A DNA stretch of 64,000 bases from Bacteroidales bacterium (GCA_041686485.1 JAWLDT010000001.1:5554-69553); one strand, 5' to 3'. Shown: positions 20,243 through 29,920, counted from the stretch's first letter. Notes: generated by a model not told the origin, from the sequence alone. Made by a program: numbers and translations.

Positions 20243-22072
20243 ATGGAAGCCAACAGAAACACGAAGCAGCGGGATAAGCTCAGGCCTGTGATACAAACAT
20301 TACCGGAAAAGCCCGGCGTATATCAGTTTTACGACCGTCATGGCAAGGTGATTTATGTGGGGAAGGCCAAGAATTTAAAGAAACGTGTTTCTTCGTATTT
20401 TGGGCGTGAACACTATGAGAGCAACCGTGTGCGGCTGATGGTCAGGCGGGTGGCTGATATCAGGCATATCGTGGTGGATACGGAGATGGATGCCCTGCTG
20501 CTGGAGAACAATCTGATCAAAAAATATCAGCCGCGTTATAATGTCCTTCTGAAAGATGATAAGACCTTTCCCTGGATTTGCATAAAAAATGAGCCCTTCC
20601 CACGGATTTTTTCTACCAGGAACCTGGTAAAGGACGGTAGCAAATATTTTGGACCTTATGCTTCTGTCCGCATGATGAATGCGCTGCTTGACCTGATCCG
20701 TCAGCTTTTTCAATACCGGACATGCCGTCTCCAGCTGACCCCGCAGAATATTGCCGCCGGGAAGTTTAAGGTGTGTCTTGAATACCATATCGGCAACTGT
20801 AAAGGCCCATGCGAAGGATTGCAGAGCGAGGAAGATTATCAGGCTACCATTGATCAGATCGAACAGATATTGAAGGGCAATCTGGGCCATGTGATCTCCG
20901 AACTGAAGTCCTTGATGAAAGAATATGCGGCAAAACAGGCGTTTGAGCGTGCTGCGATGATCAAGGAAAAGATTGTGATGCTGGAAAAGTTTCAAAGCAA
21001 ATCCACTGTGGTTAATCCTGCGCTGAGCAATGTTGAGGTGTATGCAATCATAAGTGACACCGGACATGCTTACGTTAACTATCTGCGGGTGGTAAACGGG
21101 GCGATTGTGCAGTCGCATACCATTGAGATAAAAAAGCAGTTGGATGAACCTGACGGGGAGCTTCTGGAGATGGCGATTGCTGAGCTCCGGCAGCGTTTTG
21201 AAAGTGGAGCAAGGGAACTCATTGTGCCTTTACGCCCAGCTACCGGGATTCCCGGCGTGCGATTTATCGTTCCCAAAAAGGGGGACAAGAAAAAGCTGCT
21301 GGAGTTATCGGAGCGGAATGCCAAATACTATAAGTTGGAGAGGCAGAAGCAGAAGGAGCTGGTTGACCCGGCACGACATGGTCGCCGGCTGATGCAACAA
21401 ATGCAAAAGGATCTTCGGTTAAAAAGTCCCCCCGAACATATCGAATGTTTTGATGTAAGCAATACGCAGGGCAATTATACGGTAGCTGCCATGGTGGTGT
21501 TCCGGGAGGCACGTCCCAGCAAGAAGGAATATCGCCATTATAATATTCGCACGGTAGAAGGTCCCAATGATTTTGCTTCCATGGAGGAAGCTGTGTTTCG
21601 TCGCTACAGGCGGCTTAAGGAAGAAAAGCAGTCCCTGCCACAACTCGTGGTGGTCGATGGTGGCAAAGGACAACTGAATGCCGCTCTGAAAGCGCTGGAT
21701 CGATTGGAGCTGAGAGGGGAGCTGTCCATCATCGGTATCGCCAAGCGTTTGGAAGAGATTTATTTTCCGGGTGACAGCATTCCGCTCTATATCGATAAGA
21801 AATCGGAGTCGCTTAAAGTGATCCAGCATATGCGCGATGAGGCACACCGGTTTGGGATCACTCACCATCGCCAGCGTCGTCAAAAGGGAAGCATGCAATC
21901 ACAGCTGTCTGAAATCCAGGGTATAGGGCCGGCAACTGTCCAAATATTGTTGCAAACTTTTCATTCAGTGGCCGGAGTTAAGAGAGCGGGTTATGATGAT
22001 CTTGCAAAAGTAGTAGGGCCCGCAAAAGCCAAAATCCTGCACGCCTATTTTTCTGAAGAGAAAAATATGTAA
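20243..22072 (+). CDS. uvrC: Excinuclease ABC subunit C
   Basis: 609 aa with an N-terminal GIY-YIG domain (PGVYQFYD...VIYVGKAKNLKKRV), a UVR domain, an endonuclease domain and a C-terminal HhH (IQGIGPATVQ). Confidence 0.95.
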   Translation: MEANRNTKQRDKLRPVIQTLPEKPGVYQFYDRHGKVIYVGKAKNLKKRVSSYFGREHYESNRVRLMVRRVADIRHIVVDTEMDALLLENNLIKKYQPRYNVLLKDDKTFPWICIKNEPFPRIFSTRNLVKDGSKYFGPYASVRMMNALLDLIRQLFQYRTCRLQLTPQNIAAGKFKVCLEYHIGNCKGPCEGLQSEEDYQATIDQIEQILKGNLGHVISELKSLMKEYAAKQAFERAAMIKEKIVMLEKFQSKSTVVNPALSNVEVYAIISDTGHAYVNYLRVVNGAIVQSHTIEIKKQLDEPDGELLEMAIAELRQRFESGARELIVPLRPATGIPGVRFIVPKKGDKKKLLELSERNAKYYKLERQKQKELVDPARHGRRLMQQMQKDLRLKSPPEHIECFDVSNTQGNYTVAAMVVFREARPSKKEYRHYNIRTVEGPNDFASMEEAVFRRYRRLKEEKQSLPQLVVVDGGKGQLNAALKALDRLELRGELSIIGIAKRLEEIYFPGDSIPLYIDKKSESLKVIQHMRDEAHRFGITHHRQRRQKGSMQSQLSEIQGIGPATVQILLQTFHSVAGVKRAGYDDLAKVVGPAKAKILHAYFSEEKNM

Positions 22073-22084
22073 TTTTGTCGGGTT

Positions 22085-23863
22085 ATGGTGAAAAAAAGCT
22101 GGATTGATCGGTTTTTAAGGTGGGAAAACAAGAATATCAGCGAAAGACAAATGCTGGTGTTCCTGAGTATCTTCATTGGGATTTTTGCTGCCATCGCGGC
22201 GGTCGTGCTTAAGACGTCCGTGCATTACCTTGAAAACTGGGTTCGTTCAGTTCCCGGTGCCTATATGGGAAACTGGTTGTTTTTGTTATTTCCGGTAATA
22301 GGTATTCTCATTACGGTTCTCTATGTAAATCGTTTTATCCGTGAAGATATCAGTCACGGGGTTTCCAATATCCTGCATGCCATATCCCGTAACAAAGGGG
22401 TGATGAAACTGCATAATATCTATTCCTCCATCATTGCCTGTACGTTTACCGGGGGGTTGGGCGGTTCTGTCGGGATGGAGGCACCCATCGTATCCACTGG
22501 GGCTGCTATTGGTTCCAACATTGCCAAATCAGCCAAAATGGGATTCCGGCGCACCAGCCTCCTGATAGGTTGCGGTGCCGCCGCTGCGATTGCAGCGATC
22601 TTTAAAGCCCCCATCGCCGGCCTTATTTTTTCCCTGGAGGTGCTGAAGCTCGATCTGACCATGACCTCTCTCATGCCGCTATTGGTCGCAGCTGTAGTGG
22701 GAACAATTTTCTCCAGCCTGTTTCTCGGAGAACAGGTAGATTTCCATTTTACGCTGCAGGACCCGTTTAACTATTCACATATTCCGTTATATATCTTGCT
22801 GGGTATAATAACCGGACTGGTTTCACTCTATTTTATCTGGGTCAATGAGCAGGTCGAAACAAAAGTAGGCAGAATTGGTCCTACTTACCTCAGGGTATTA
22901 TATGGGGGTATTTTGTTGGGTGTGCTTATCTTTCTGTTTCCACCGCTGTTTGGAGAAGGCTACTATTCCATGCGAGGCATTCTGTCAGGACAGCCTGAAC
23001 AACTATTGGACGATAGCTTTTATGGCCATCTTATTGAGAGCGGCAGCATGCTTTTTATAGGCTTTATGGTGCTGGTATTGTTCTTTAAAGCTATTGCCAC
23101 TTCGCTGACAATCGGTGCGGGTGGTGTCGGCGGGGTATTTGCCCCCAGCCTCTTTATGGGGGGCATCGCGGGGTTCATTTTCTCACGTACGGCCAACTTT
23201 TTCAGTAACCTCAATATTTCTGAGAACAATTTTACGCTTGTGGGGATGGCCGGCCTGATTGCCGGGGTCATCCATGCCCCGCTGACGGCCGTATTCCTTA
23301 TTGCCGAAATCACCGGGGGCTACGAGTTAATTATCCCGCTGATCCTTGTAGCCTCTATCTCCTATATGACAGTGATCTACTTTAAGCCCTTCTCTTTATA
23401 TGAAAAAAGACTTGGGGAAAAAGGACACCTGATTACCCACCACAAAGATCATGCGGTGCTGACATTGCTTAATGTAGAAAATGTTTTGGAAACCAACTTC
23501 GACCAATTGTTGCCGGATCAGACACTTGGTGACCTGGTCAAAGTGATCGCGAGAGCCAGTCGAAACATCTTTCCGGTTATTGATGACCAAAAACGGTTTC
23601 TCGGTCTGGTTCGCCTGGATGATGTCCGTGAGATTATGTTCGATCAAAGTCAGTATGACAAACTTACAGTGCGTGACCTGATGATACAACCCAGGGCTAC
23701 GGTCAACTCCTCCGACAGCATGGAAACCGTCATGCACAAATTCCGGAACTCAGGGTTGTGGAATATGGCGGTGGTTGACAATGGTAAATACAAAGGCTTT
23801 GTTTCCAGAGCCAATGTGTTTAATATCTATCGTAAGATGCTCATAGAAGTTTCCGACGTATGA
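22085..23863 (+). CDS. ClC-family chloride channel/antiporter with C-terminal CBS pair
   Basis: 592 aa with selectivity motifs GGSVGMEAP and GGVFAPS, many TM segments and two CBS-like repeats at the C-terminus. Confidence 0.88.
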   Translation: MVKKSWIDRFLRWENKNISERQMLVFLSIFIGIFAAIAAVVLKTSVHYLENWVRSVPGAYMGNWLFLLFPVIGILITVLYVNRFIREDISHGVSNILHAISRNKGVMKLHNIYSSIIACTFTGGLGGSVGMEAPIVSTGAAIGSNIAKSAKMGFRRTSLLIGCGAAAAIAAIFKAPIAGLIFSLEVLKLDLTMTSLMPLLVAAVVGTIFSSLFLGEQVDFHFTLQDPFNYSHIPLYILLGIITGLVSLYFIWVNEQVETKVGRIGPTYLRVLYGGILLGVLIFLFPPLFGEGYYSMRGILSGQPEQLLDDSFYGHLIESGSMLFIGFMVLVLFFKAIATSLTIGAGGVGGVFAPSLFMGGIAGFIFSRTANFFSNLNISENNFTLVGMAGLIAGVIHAPLTAVFLIAEITGGYELIIPLILVASISYMTVIYFKPFSLYEKRLGEKGHLITHHKDHAVLTLLNVENVLETNFDQLLPDQTLGDLVKVIARASRNIFPVIDDQKRFLGLVRLDDVREIMFDQSQYDKLTVRDLMIQPRATVNSSDSMETVMHKFRNSGLWNMAVVDNGKYKGFVSRANVFNIYRKMLIEVSDV

Positions 23864-23864
23864 T

Positions 23865-23882
23865 GCTCCGAGCTTCCAGCTT
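23865..23882. repeat. Inverted copy of the AAGCTGGAAGCTCGRAGC word
   Basis: gctccgagcttccagctt is the reverse complement of aagctggaagctcGgagc, a 17/18 match to 4977..4994. It begins 2 nt after the ClC stop codon. Confidence 0.8.
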
Positions 23883-23914
23883 TAATAATCATCCCCCTAT
23901 ATGTCAAAATTTCC

Positions 23915-25558
23915 TCAGCCATGGGAGTGCTTTAGCGATTTCAGTTTGTCGGGAATGTTTTCAGCGGCATCCACAAATGGTAGCAGCACCAGATCGGCTC
24001 CCGCTTTTTCCAGCTCTTTGGCCGTTCGCCCGGTATACGAAGTAACGGCTATACTTCCCCGGAAGCCGGCCAGGTTGAGATATTTTATCAGGGCTTTATT
24101 GACCTCTTTGTTTTCCAGACTCGAAATCACACATTGTGCATGTAACGGCAGGCGCTCGGGCAGATCCGGGTCGTCGGCGTCACCATACCGGGCATAGCGT
24201 CCCCGTTTTCGCCACCTCTGTACGGCGCGTGGGTCAAAATCAATTCCAAACACCTTAAATCCCCTTTCTTCCAGCCGGCAGGCAATGTTGCTGCCATACA
24301 TACCCAGGCCGAAGATGATCACATCAAAGGTTTCATTAACTTCATCGCTATCCTGTTCTTCCTGATACGGATGTTTGCGTTCAAAAATACTAAGTAAAGG
24401 TGCAATTTTATTGTATATCAGGTGTGAATACATGATAAGGTAAGTACTTAGCCCGATGGTTATTAACCCTATCAATGTTATCATACCGAGGGTCTCCTCG
24501 TTTATTTGCCCCAGGCTTAATCCCAGTCCGGCAAGAATCAAGGAAAACTCAGAAATCTGGGCCACATTAAGGCCTGCCAGGAAACTGGTTCGCTTTCTGT
24601 AGCCCATAATACCCAAAATGATCATAACAATGAGGGGGTTTCCTATCAAGACAAATAGCGACAGGAACATAGCCGGCAAAAACTGTTCGCCCAGCAGCGG
24701 TATGTTAACCTGGCTGCCGAGGTGAATAAAAAAGAAGAGCAGCAGGAAGTCGCGGAGTGTGTTAAGCCTGCTACTAAGCACTTCCCGGTATGTAGAAGCC
24801 GACAACGATATGCCGCCAAGGAAAGCACCTACCTCCTTGCTAAACCCGAGAAAGTCACTGAAAGCGGCCAGGGCAATAGCCCAGGTAATGGCAAATACCA
24901 AAAGAAGCTCCGGGATACGGGCCATCATGTGAGTGACCCTGGTCAACACATATCGCATCATCAGGTATACAAAAACCAGCAAGCCTGCTCCCTTGATGAT
25001 GACAGAAAGGAATTCTTCCCAGACAGTATATTCAGATGGCGTTCCGATTGCCGACAGCACGATCATGGCCAGAATAACGACGATGTCCTGTACGATGAGA
25101 AAACCAATGGATATCTGCCCGTGCAGGGAATGTATCTCACGCTTGTCGGACAGAAGCTTTACGATGATGATCGTGGAGGAGAATGTCAGTGCCACAGCAA
25201 TATAGAGACTGGTCACGGGCTCAAAGCCGAGCCCGATACAGATCAGGTAACCAAATACTGAGGTGAACAGGACCTGTCCGAGTCCCGAGAACAAAGACAC
25301 GCGGCCGGTGGAACGGATGAGTGTAACATCCAGTTTGAGTCCTACCACGAACAACAGGATGGTGATCCCCATTTCGGATAGCAACTCAATCTTATCAATA
25401 GACCTTAGCAGGTCGATGCCATAGGGTCCGACAATGAGACCGACCGCTATAAATGAAACAATCAGGGGTTGACGTAAAAAGCGGCCAATCAGCCCGGCAA
25501 TGGCTGCAATCCCTAAAATGGCAGCAAACTCATAAAACGAATTGGACATGGCGTCCAT
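23915..25558 (-). CDS. Cation:proton antiporter (Kef-type) with TrkA-N domain
   Basis: 547 aa: about 12 TM helices of the Na+/H+ exchanger family followed by a Rossmann motif VIIFGLGMYGSNIA. Confidence 0.85.
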   Translation of the reverse strand: MDAMSNSFYEFAAILGIAAIAGLIGRFLRQPLIVSFIAVGLIVGPYGIDLLRSIDKIELLSEMGITILLFVVGLKLDVTLIRSTGRVSLFSGLGQVLFTSVFGYLICIGLGFEPVTSLYIAVALTFSSTIIIVKLLSDKREIHSLHGQISIGFLIVQDIVVILAMIVLSAIGTPSEYTVWEEFLSVIIKGAGLLVFVYLMMRYVLTRVTHMMARIPELLLVFAITWAIALAAFSDFLGFSKEVGAFLGGISLSASTYREVLSSRLNTLRDFLLLFFFIHLGSQVNIPLLGEQFLPAMFLSLFVLIGNPLIVMIILGIMGYRKRTSFLAGLNVAQISEFSLILAGLGLSLGQINEETLGMITLIGLITIGLSTYLIMYSHLIYNKIAPLLSIFERKHPYQEEQDSDEVNETFDVIIFGLGMYGSNIACRLEERGFKVFGIDFDPRAVQRWRKRGRYARYGDADDPDLPERLPLHAQCVISSLENKEVNKALIKYLNLAGFRGSIAVTSYTGRTAKELEKAGADLVLLPFVDAAENIPDKLKSLKHSHG

Positions 25559-25588
25559 AGTATAGATGTTGCTATAAGGTTGATAACA

Positions 25589-26401
25589 CTATGATGAATT
25601 ATTCTGATCAAAACATTGATTGAGTTGTTTCATCAGTTCCTTGTAAACACCCATATTGCTGGCTATGATCTCTTTACCGAACAGGTAATTGTCTTTCCCG
25701 GCGAAATCGGAAACTTTTCCGCCGGCCTCCTGAACGATCAAACTTCCTGCGGCTACATCCCACGGACTCAGACTGTATTCAAAAAAACCTTCGAAGCGAC
25801 CGCAGGCAACATAAGCCAGATCAACGGCAGCGCTACCGATACGCCTTACACCCCGTGTGTTTTGCAGACACCATATAAACAATTTCATATAATCATCCAG
25901 CCTGCTGTAATCATAATATGGAAAGCCTGTAGCCAGTAAACTATTCTGAAGCGAGGCCGCTGAAGATACCTTGATGGGATGGCCGTTGAGCCAGGCACCA
26001 CCGCCGCGCCAGGCATAAAAACATTCGTTCTTGTTAATCTCATATACAACACCGCTGATCAGCTGATCACCCTTCATTAATGCGATGGACACACTAAAAC
26101 AGGGAATACCGTGGATGTAATTGGTGGTTCCGTCAAGCGGGTCAACAATCCATTTGTATTCATTCCCTTCCTTCCGGATGCTGTTTTCTTCAACAATAAA
26201 ACCGGCATCCGGCATCATCCTTATCAATGATGAAATAATACGCTGCTCCGCGGTTTTGTCAACATAGGTTACAAAACTGTTGACATCTTTGTCAAAGATA
26301 TCCGATGTCTGAATCTTCGGTAGCTCTGCAAGGATAAAATCCCCGGCGTCAATCGCTATTTCACAAACCTTCTCGGTTATGTCATCAATGTTTCTCATCA
26401 T
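25589..26401 (-). CDS. suhB: Inositol monophosphatase family protein
   Basis: 270 aa with the WIVDPLDGTTNYIHG and WDVAAG motifs. Confidence 0.88.
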   Translation of the reverse strand: MMRNIDDITEKVCEIAIDAGDFILAELPKIQTSDIFDKDVNSFVTYVDKTAEQRIISSLIRMMPDAGFIVEENSIRKEGNEYKWIVDPLDGTTNYIHGIPCFSVSIALMKGDQLISGVVYEINKNECFYAWRGGGAWLNGHPIKVSSAASLQNSLLATGFPYYDYSRLDDYMKLFIWCLQNTRGVRRIGSAAVDLAYVACGRFEGFFEYSLSPWDVAAGSLIVQEAGGKVSDFAGKDNYLFGKEIIASNMGVYKELMKQLNQCFDQNNSS

Positions 26402-27690
26402 ACAATATAAACTCCGTTTTCGTCCTGTTTGTTCAGGATAACAGGCTCAATCGTATTTACTTTTTCAGGTTGAAAAGTTGTTTTTGTTTTGATATAGTTC
26501 TCGCTAAACCCATACATATAATCCCCGTGCCGGATTTTTTCCCAAAGAACGTTGGTTTTCAACCCTTTTTGTTTGTTCAGGAACTGTGTTTTCTTCTCTT
26601 TAGAAAGCCTTTGCATGATTTTGGACCGTTCTTTTCGTTTGTCCGGAGAAACCTGTTGCGGGCTCTTCATCGCTCTGGTATGTTCCCGTTCGCTGTAAGG
26701 GAAAACATGCAGGTAAGAAACGTCTGTTTGTTCAATAAACCGGCGGGAGGTTTCAAAGTCTTCTTCCGTTTCGGTGGGATATCCTACAATGAGATCCGCA
26801 GCAATACATGCATGGGGAATATGTTGTCTGATTACAGCCACCCTGTTTGCAAACAGCTCTGTGTTATATCGGCGCCCCATATCTCTCAGGATTTTGTCAC
26901 TCCCCGACTGCAGCGGGATATGAAAATGAGGCATGAGCCTGGGTTCATCGGCGACCAGATGAATGATGTCGTCATGGAGAAGGTCGGGTTCTATGGAGGA
27001 TAATCGGATTCGACCCGGGCCGTCAAGCTTGATCAGCTCCTGAAGCAGCCCGAAAAAAGTTTCTCCATGGGGTTTACCAAAGTCGCCAATATTAACACCG
27101 GTCAGCACCATTTCTTTCATGCCGCTGGTGGCTATCAACCTGGCAGTGGCCAGCGTATCCCTGATCGTATCGCTGCGGCTTGGTCCGCGGGCAAGCGGAA
27201 TGGTGCAATAGGCACATTTGTAATCGCATCCATCCTGGATCTTGAAAAATGAACGGGTGCGATTCCCCAGTGAATATGTTGGCACAAAGGTGGCCGAAGC
27301 TTCTTTTTTCCCTGGGTCTATAATCCGCTCTGCAGTTCTGTCTTCTAAATGATTGAGATGCGCTGGTAGCTGATACTTTTCTGTGTTTCCCAGAACCATG
27401 CTTACGCCGGGGACCGCCATGAGTTCCCCGGGGCTGATTTCAGAATAACAGCCCATTACAACCACATGCGCGGAAGGATTGGTTTTCATCGCCTGACGTA
27501 CAAGACCCCTGGTACGTTTGTCCGCATTTTTTGTCACCGTGCAGGAATGAATTACGTAGATGTCTGCCGGCTCGTTAAATCCGACCTGCTTGTAAGCATG
27601 TCCATTAAACTGCCTGCTGATCGCCTCTGTTTCGCTAAAATTCAACTTGCAGCCCAGCGTCTCAAAAGCAATGGTTTTTGGTTTGTTCAT
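26398..27690 (-). CDS. mtaB: tRNA methylthiotransferase MtaB-like (radical SAM MTTase)
   Basis: N-terminal MTTase motif ETLGCKLNFSE, radical SAM CDYKCAYCTIP and a TRAM-like C-terminus. ATG 27690 is preferred; 27699 and 27711 are alternatives. The stop overlaps the suhB start by 4 nt. Confidence 0.85.
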   Translation of the reverse strand: MNKPKTIAFETLGCKLNFSETEAISRQFNGHAYKQVGFNEPADIYVIHSCTVTKNADKRTRGLVRQAMKTNPSAHVVVMGCYSEISPGELMAVPGVSMVLGNTEKYQLPAHLNHLEDRTAERIIDPGKKEASATFVPTYSLGNRTRSFFKIQDGCDYKCAYCTIPLARGPSRSDTIRDTLATARLIATSGMKEMVLTGVNIGDFGKPHGETFFGLLQELIKLDGPGRIRLSSIEPDLLHDDIIHLVADEPRLMPHFHIPLQSGSDKILRDMGRRYNTELFANRVAVIRQHIPHACIAADLIVGYPTETEEDFETSRRFIEQTDVSYLHVFPYSEREHTRAMKSPQQVSPDKRKERSKIMQRLSKEKKTQFLNKQKGLKTNVLWEKIRHGDYMYGFSENYIKTKTTFQPEKVNTIEPVILNKQDENGVYIV

Positions 27691-27822
27691 AGCTGTCATT
27701 TTCAACCGCAAAGTTACGGATTTGAAATGGCATATCTAAACGGGTTTATTGTCATAATAAGTTTGTTACCTTTGCCTTAGAATCAAATTGTATTGGGTAC
27801 CATTCAATAAAACATCCAGCTT

Positions 27823-28392
27823 ATGAAAGTACGGTATATTGTATTGTTTTTTATGTTTATTGGTCTGCTATTGTTTACACCTGCCAGGACATATGGTGAT
27901 GGCTCGGATTTCCGGGAAGCACGTATTGTTGGAGGGGGATTATCACTCAACTATACCTATGGATATGTTGGGAGTCGAAGCCTGCGTGTGCCGCCGGTGG
28001 TGGCTTATGTCGAAATCGGTGTACATGAGAGAATAACTGTCGGTCCATTTTTCGGATACAGCCGTTGGAGCTATCCGGCCCGTACCCACTCATTTGTCAA
28101 TGTGGGAGGCCGGGCCAGCTTTCACCTGAGCCCTTTTCTGAATGAGGTGCTGGATGCGAATATTGATGTAAATGAGTTTGATATCTATGCAGCCATGTTT
28201 TCCGGCCTTGAGCTCCGCATACATGGCCCTTCCGCAGAAGATAACTCAGGGAGCTATATCGACAATACCCGGTTGTTTCTCGGCCCGGTGGCGGGTTTAA
28301 GGTATAACTTTTCGGATAATATCGGTGTCTTTTCAGAGATGGGACGAGGTGCTCTTGGGGCACTGACAATCGGTATTTCGTTGCATCTGTAA
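27823..28392 (+). CDS. Small secreted protein, probable outer-membrane beta-barrel
   Basis: 189 aa with a signal peptide (MKVRYIVLFFMFIGLLLFTPARTYG), an alternating hydrophobic pattern and an aromatic/aliphatic C-terminus. Confidence 0.5.
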   Translation: MKVRYIVLFFMFIGLLLFTPARTYGDGSDFREARIVGGGLSLNYTYGYVGSRSLRVPPVVAYVEIGVHERITVGPFFGYSRWSYPARTHSFVNVGGRASFHLSPFLNEVLDANIDVNEFDIYAAMFSGLELRIHGPSAEDNSGSYIDNTRLFLGPVAGLRYNFSDNIGVFSEMGRGALGALTIGISLHL

Positions 28393-28472
28393 GTATGGGG
28401 CTGACTCTTTGCCACTACTAACCCGGGTTTTCTGCCGCTATTAAACCGGGGGCAATAACTTCATGCCTGGGT

Positions 28473-29894
28473 TTAAGGCACTATTAGTCTGACATGCCAG
28501 CTTTCCTCCGAACTTGTTAAGCGGACAATGTATATCCCCGAATCCATGTCACGTGTATCCAGAGGAATACGGTAATTACCTGCATGCCAGGCGGGAATGT
28601 CTATATTCCGGATGGTATTTCCCCTGCTGTCAAAAATCCTGAGGGAGTAATTGTCCCTGCGGTTAATCATAAAGGATATCATGACAACGTCTGATGCAGG
28701 ATTCGGTTGCACATGCAAAGCATCATTTGTTATCGCACTCCCAGGCTCTACTGTGTTTGTATCATTTCCGTCATCACCATTTTCATCGTCATCACCGTTT
28801 TCATCGTCGTCTTCTTCCTGGGCATAAAACGGAGGCAGTTGGTTGGTAATGCAGTGTATGGCGCCCTCCCATTGTATCATGGCATCGGCATTGATACCTA
28901 TAATTTCTTTATCGGGTAACAGCGACTGGTAAGTATGAAGCGCTAAGGAATCATTCGGATGGTCATAAACAGGTACAAGTACCGCGTCATTGACAATAAA
29001 GCTGTTGATATAGGTCTTCCAGTTCTCAGCTTTGGGTATCTGTTCGATCTGGTATGTTTTACCTTCAGGATGATCAATGGCTTGAAGTGCCGCATAATTA
29101 TTTTCGAGCACATAGTGGTCATGGTGCCCTTCATCAACACTACTGATAATAAAACTCGTGTCGTTCAACAACTTAATCTGCATGTCAAGATGTCCCCAAT
29201 AATCGTCTACCAGGTCGTTAAAGATAAATATAGACTCGATGCCCATGTAGGATTCAAGGATGGTATCAATGTCGGATTGGGGTATGTTCTGATTGTTGGT
29301 ATATAGCCGCTGGGTAGCAAAAAGGCGGTTATGGTTATCGACCAGATAATTACCACCGTCAAAGATAATATGGGAGAAGTCATAGTAATTCAGCTCCCAA
29401 AAGCCGGCCAATCGTTCGGGCAGGTCCTGGTCGCCGTGTCCTGTAGCCAGATCATCAAATCCGACAAAAGCCAGGGTGTCATTGTCATAAATACTGAATG
29501 GCCCGTGATCCCTGATCCATATACGGTCGCCATAGACATCAATAAAAACAATATCCGAGATGGTCACGTCATGATCTTCCAGGTTATTGATCATATCCAT
29601 TTCATGCGTTTGGTTATTGGTTTGCATAAAAACCGTGGCCCTGGGTTGTATGTGTTCGATTACAGCGGTGGCAATTTGATCGTAAGCGGGATTGTTATAT
29701 GGGTTCCAATACATTACCACGCCAGCCACGCTGTCATATTCCGGTATTGTAGTCGGGTTAACCGGTACATCGGTGTGGCGTTCATGCTGAAAGGCAAGCG
29801 TTAGCGGAAGGCCAAGGATAAGAAGGATAGATGTAAGAATAGTCCGTTGTATGGATCGTTGACCTGAAGTGTGCGGTTTGGTGCTGCAATGCAT
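28473..29894 (-). CDS. Secreted agmatine deiminase / peptidyl-arginine deiminase-fold enzyme (PAD_porph-like) with T9SS C-terminal sorting domain
   Basis: Signal peptide, then guanidino-modifying motifs WIRDHGP, FDGGNY, GHLDM and the catalytic Cys in EGAIHCITNQ. An acidic linker EEDDDENGDDDENGDDGND follows. The CTD is VQPNPASDVVMISF...LRIFDSRGNTI...DSGIYIVRL. Confidence 0.8.
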   Translation of the reverse strand: MHCSTKPHTSGQRSIQRTILTSILLILGLPLTLAFQHERHTDVPVNPTTIPEYDSVAGVVMYWNPYNNPAYDQIATAVIEHIQPRATVFMQTNNQTHEMDMINNLEDHDVTISDIVFIDVYGDRIWIRDHGPFSIYDNDTLAFVGFDDLATGHGDQDLPERLAGFWELNYYDFSHIIFDGGNYLVDNHNRLFATQRLYTNNQNIPQSDIDTILESYMGIESIFIFNDLVDDYWGHLDMQIKLLNDTSFIISSVDEGHHDHYVLENNYAALQAIDHPEGKTYQIEQIPKAENWKTYINSFIVNDAVLVPVYDHPNDSLALHTYQSLLPDKEIIGINADAMIQWEGAIHCITNQLPPFYAQEEDDDENGDDDENGDDGNDTNTVEPGSAITNDALHVQPNPASDVVMISFMINRRDNYSLRIFDSRGNTIRNIDIPAWHAGNYRIPLDTRDMDSGIYIVRLTSSEESWHVRLIVP

Positions 29895-29920
29895 GATGAA
29901 TAGCAGGATCTATTGTCAAT

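Noticed and set aside
23860-24197. Small plus-strand ORFs 23860..24045 and 23901..24197 after the ClC gene.
   Set aside because: They overlap the well-supported C-terminal TrkA-N domain of the minus-strand Kef-type antiporter and have no motifs.
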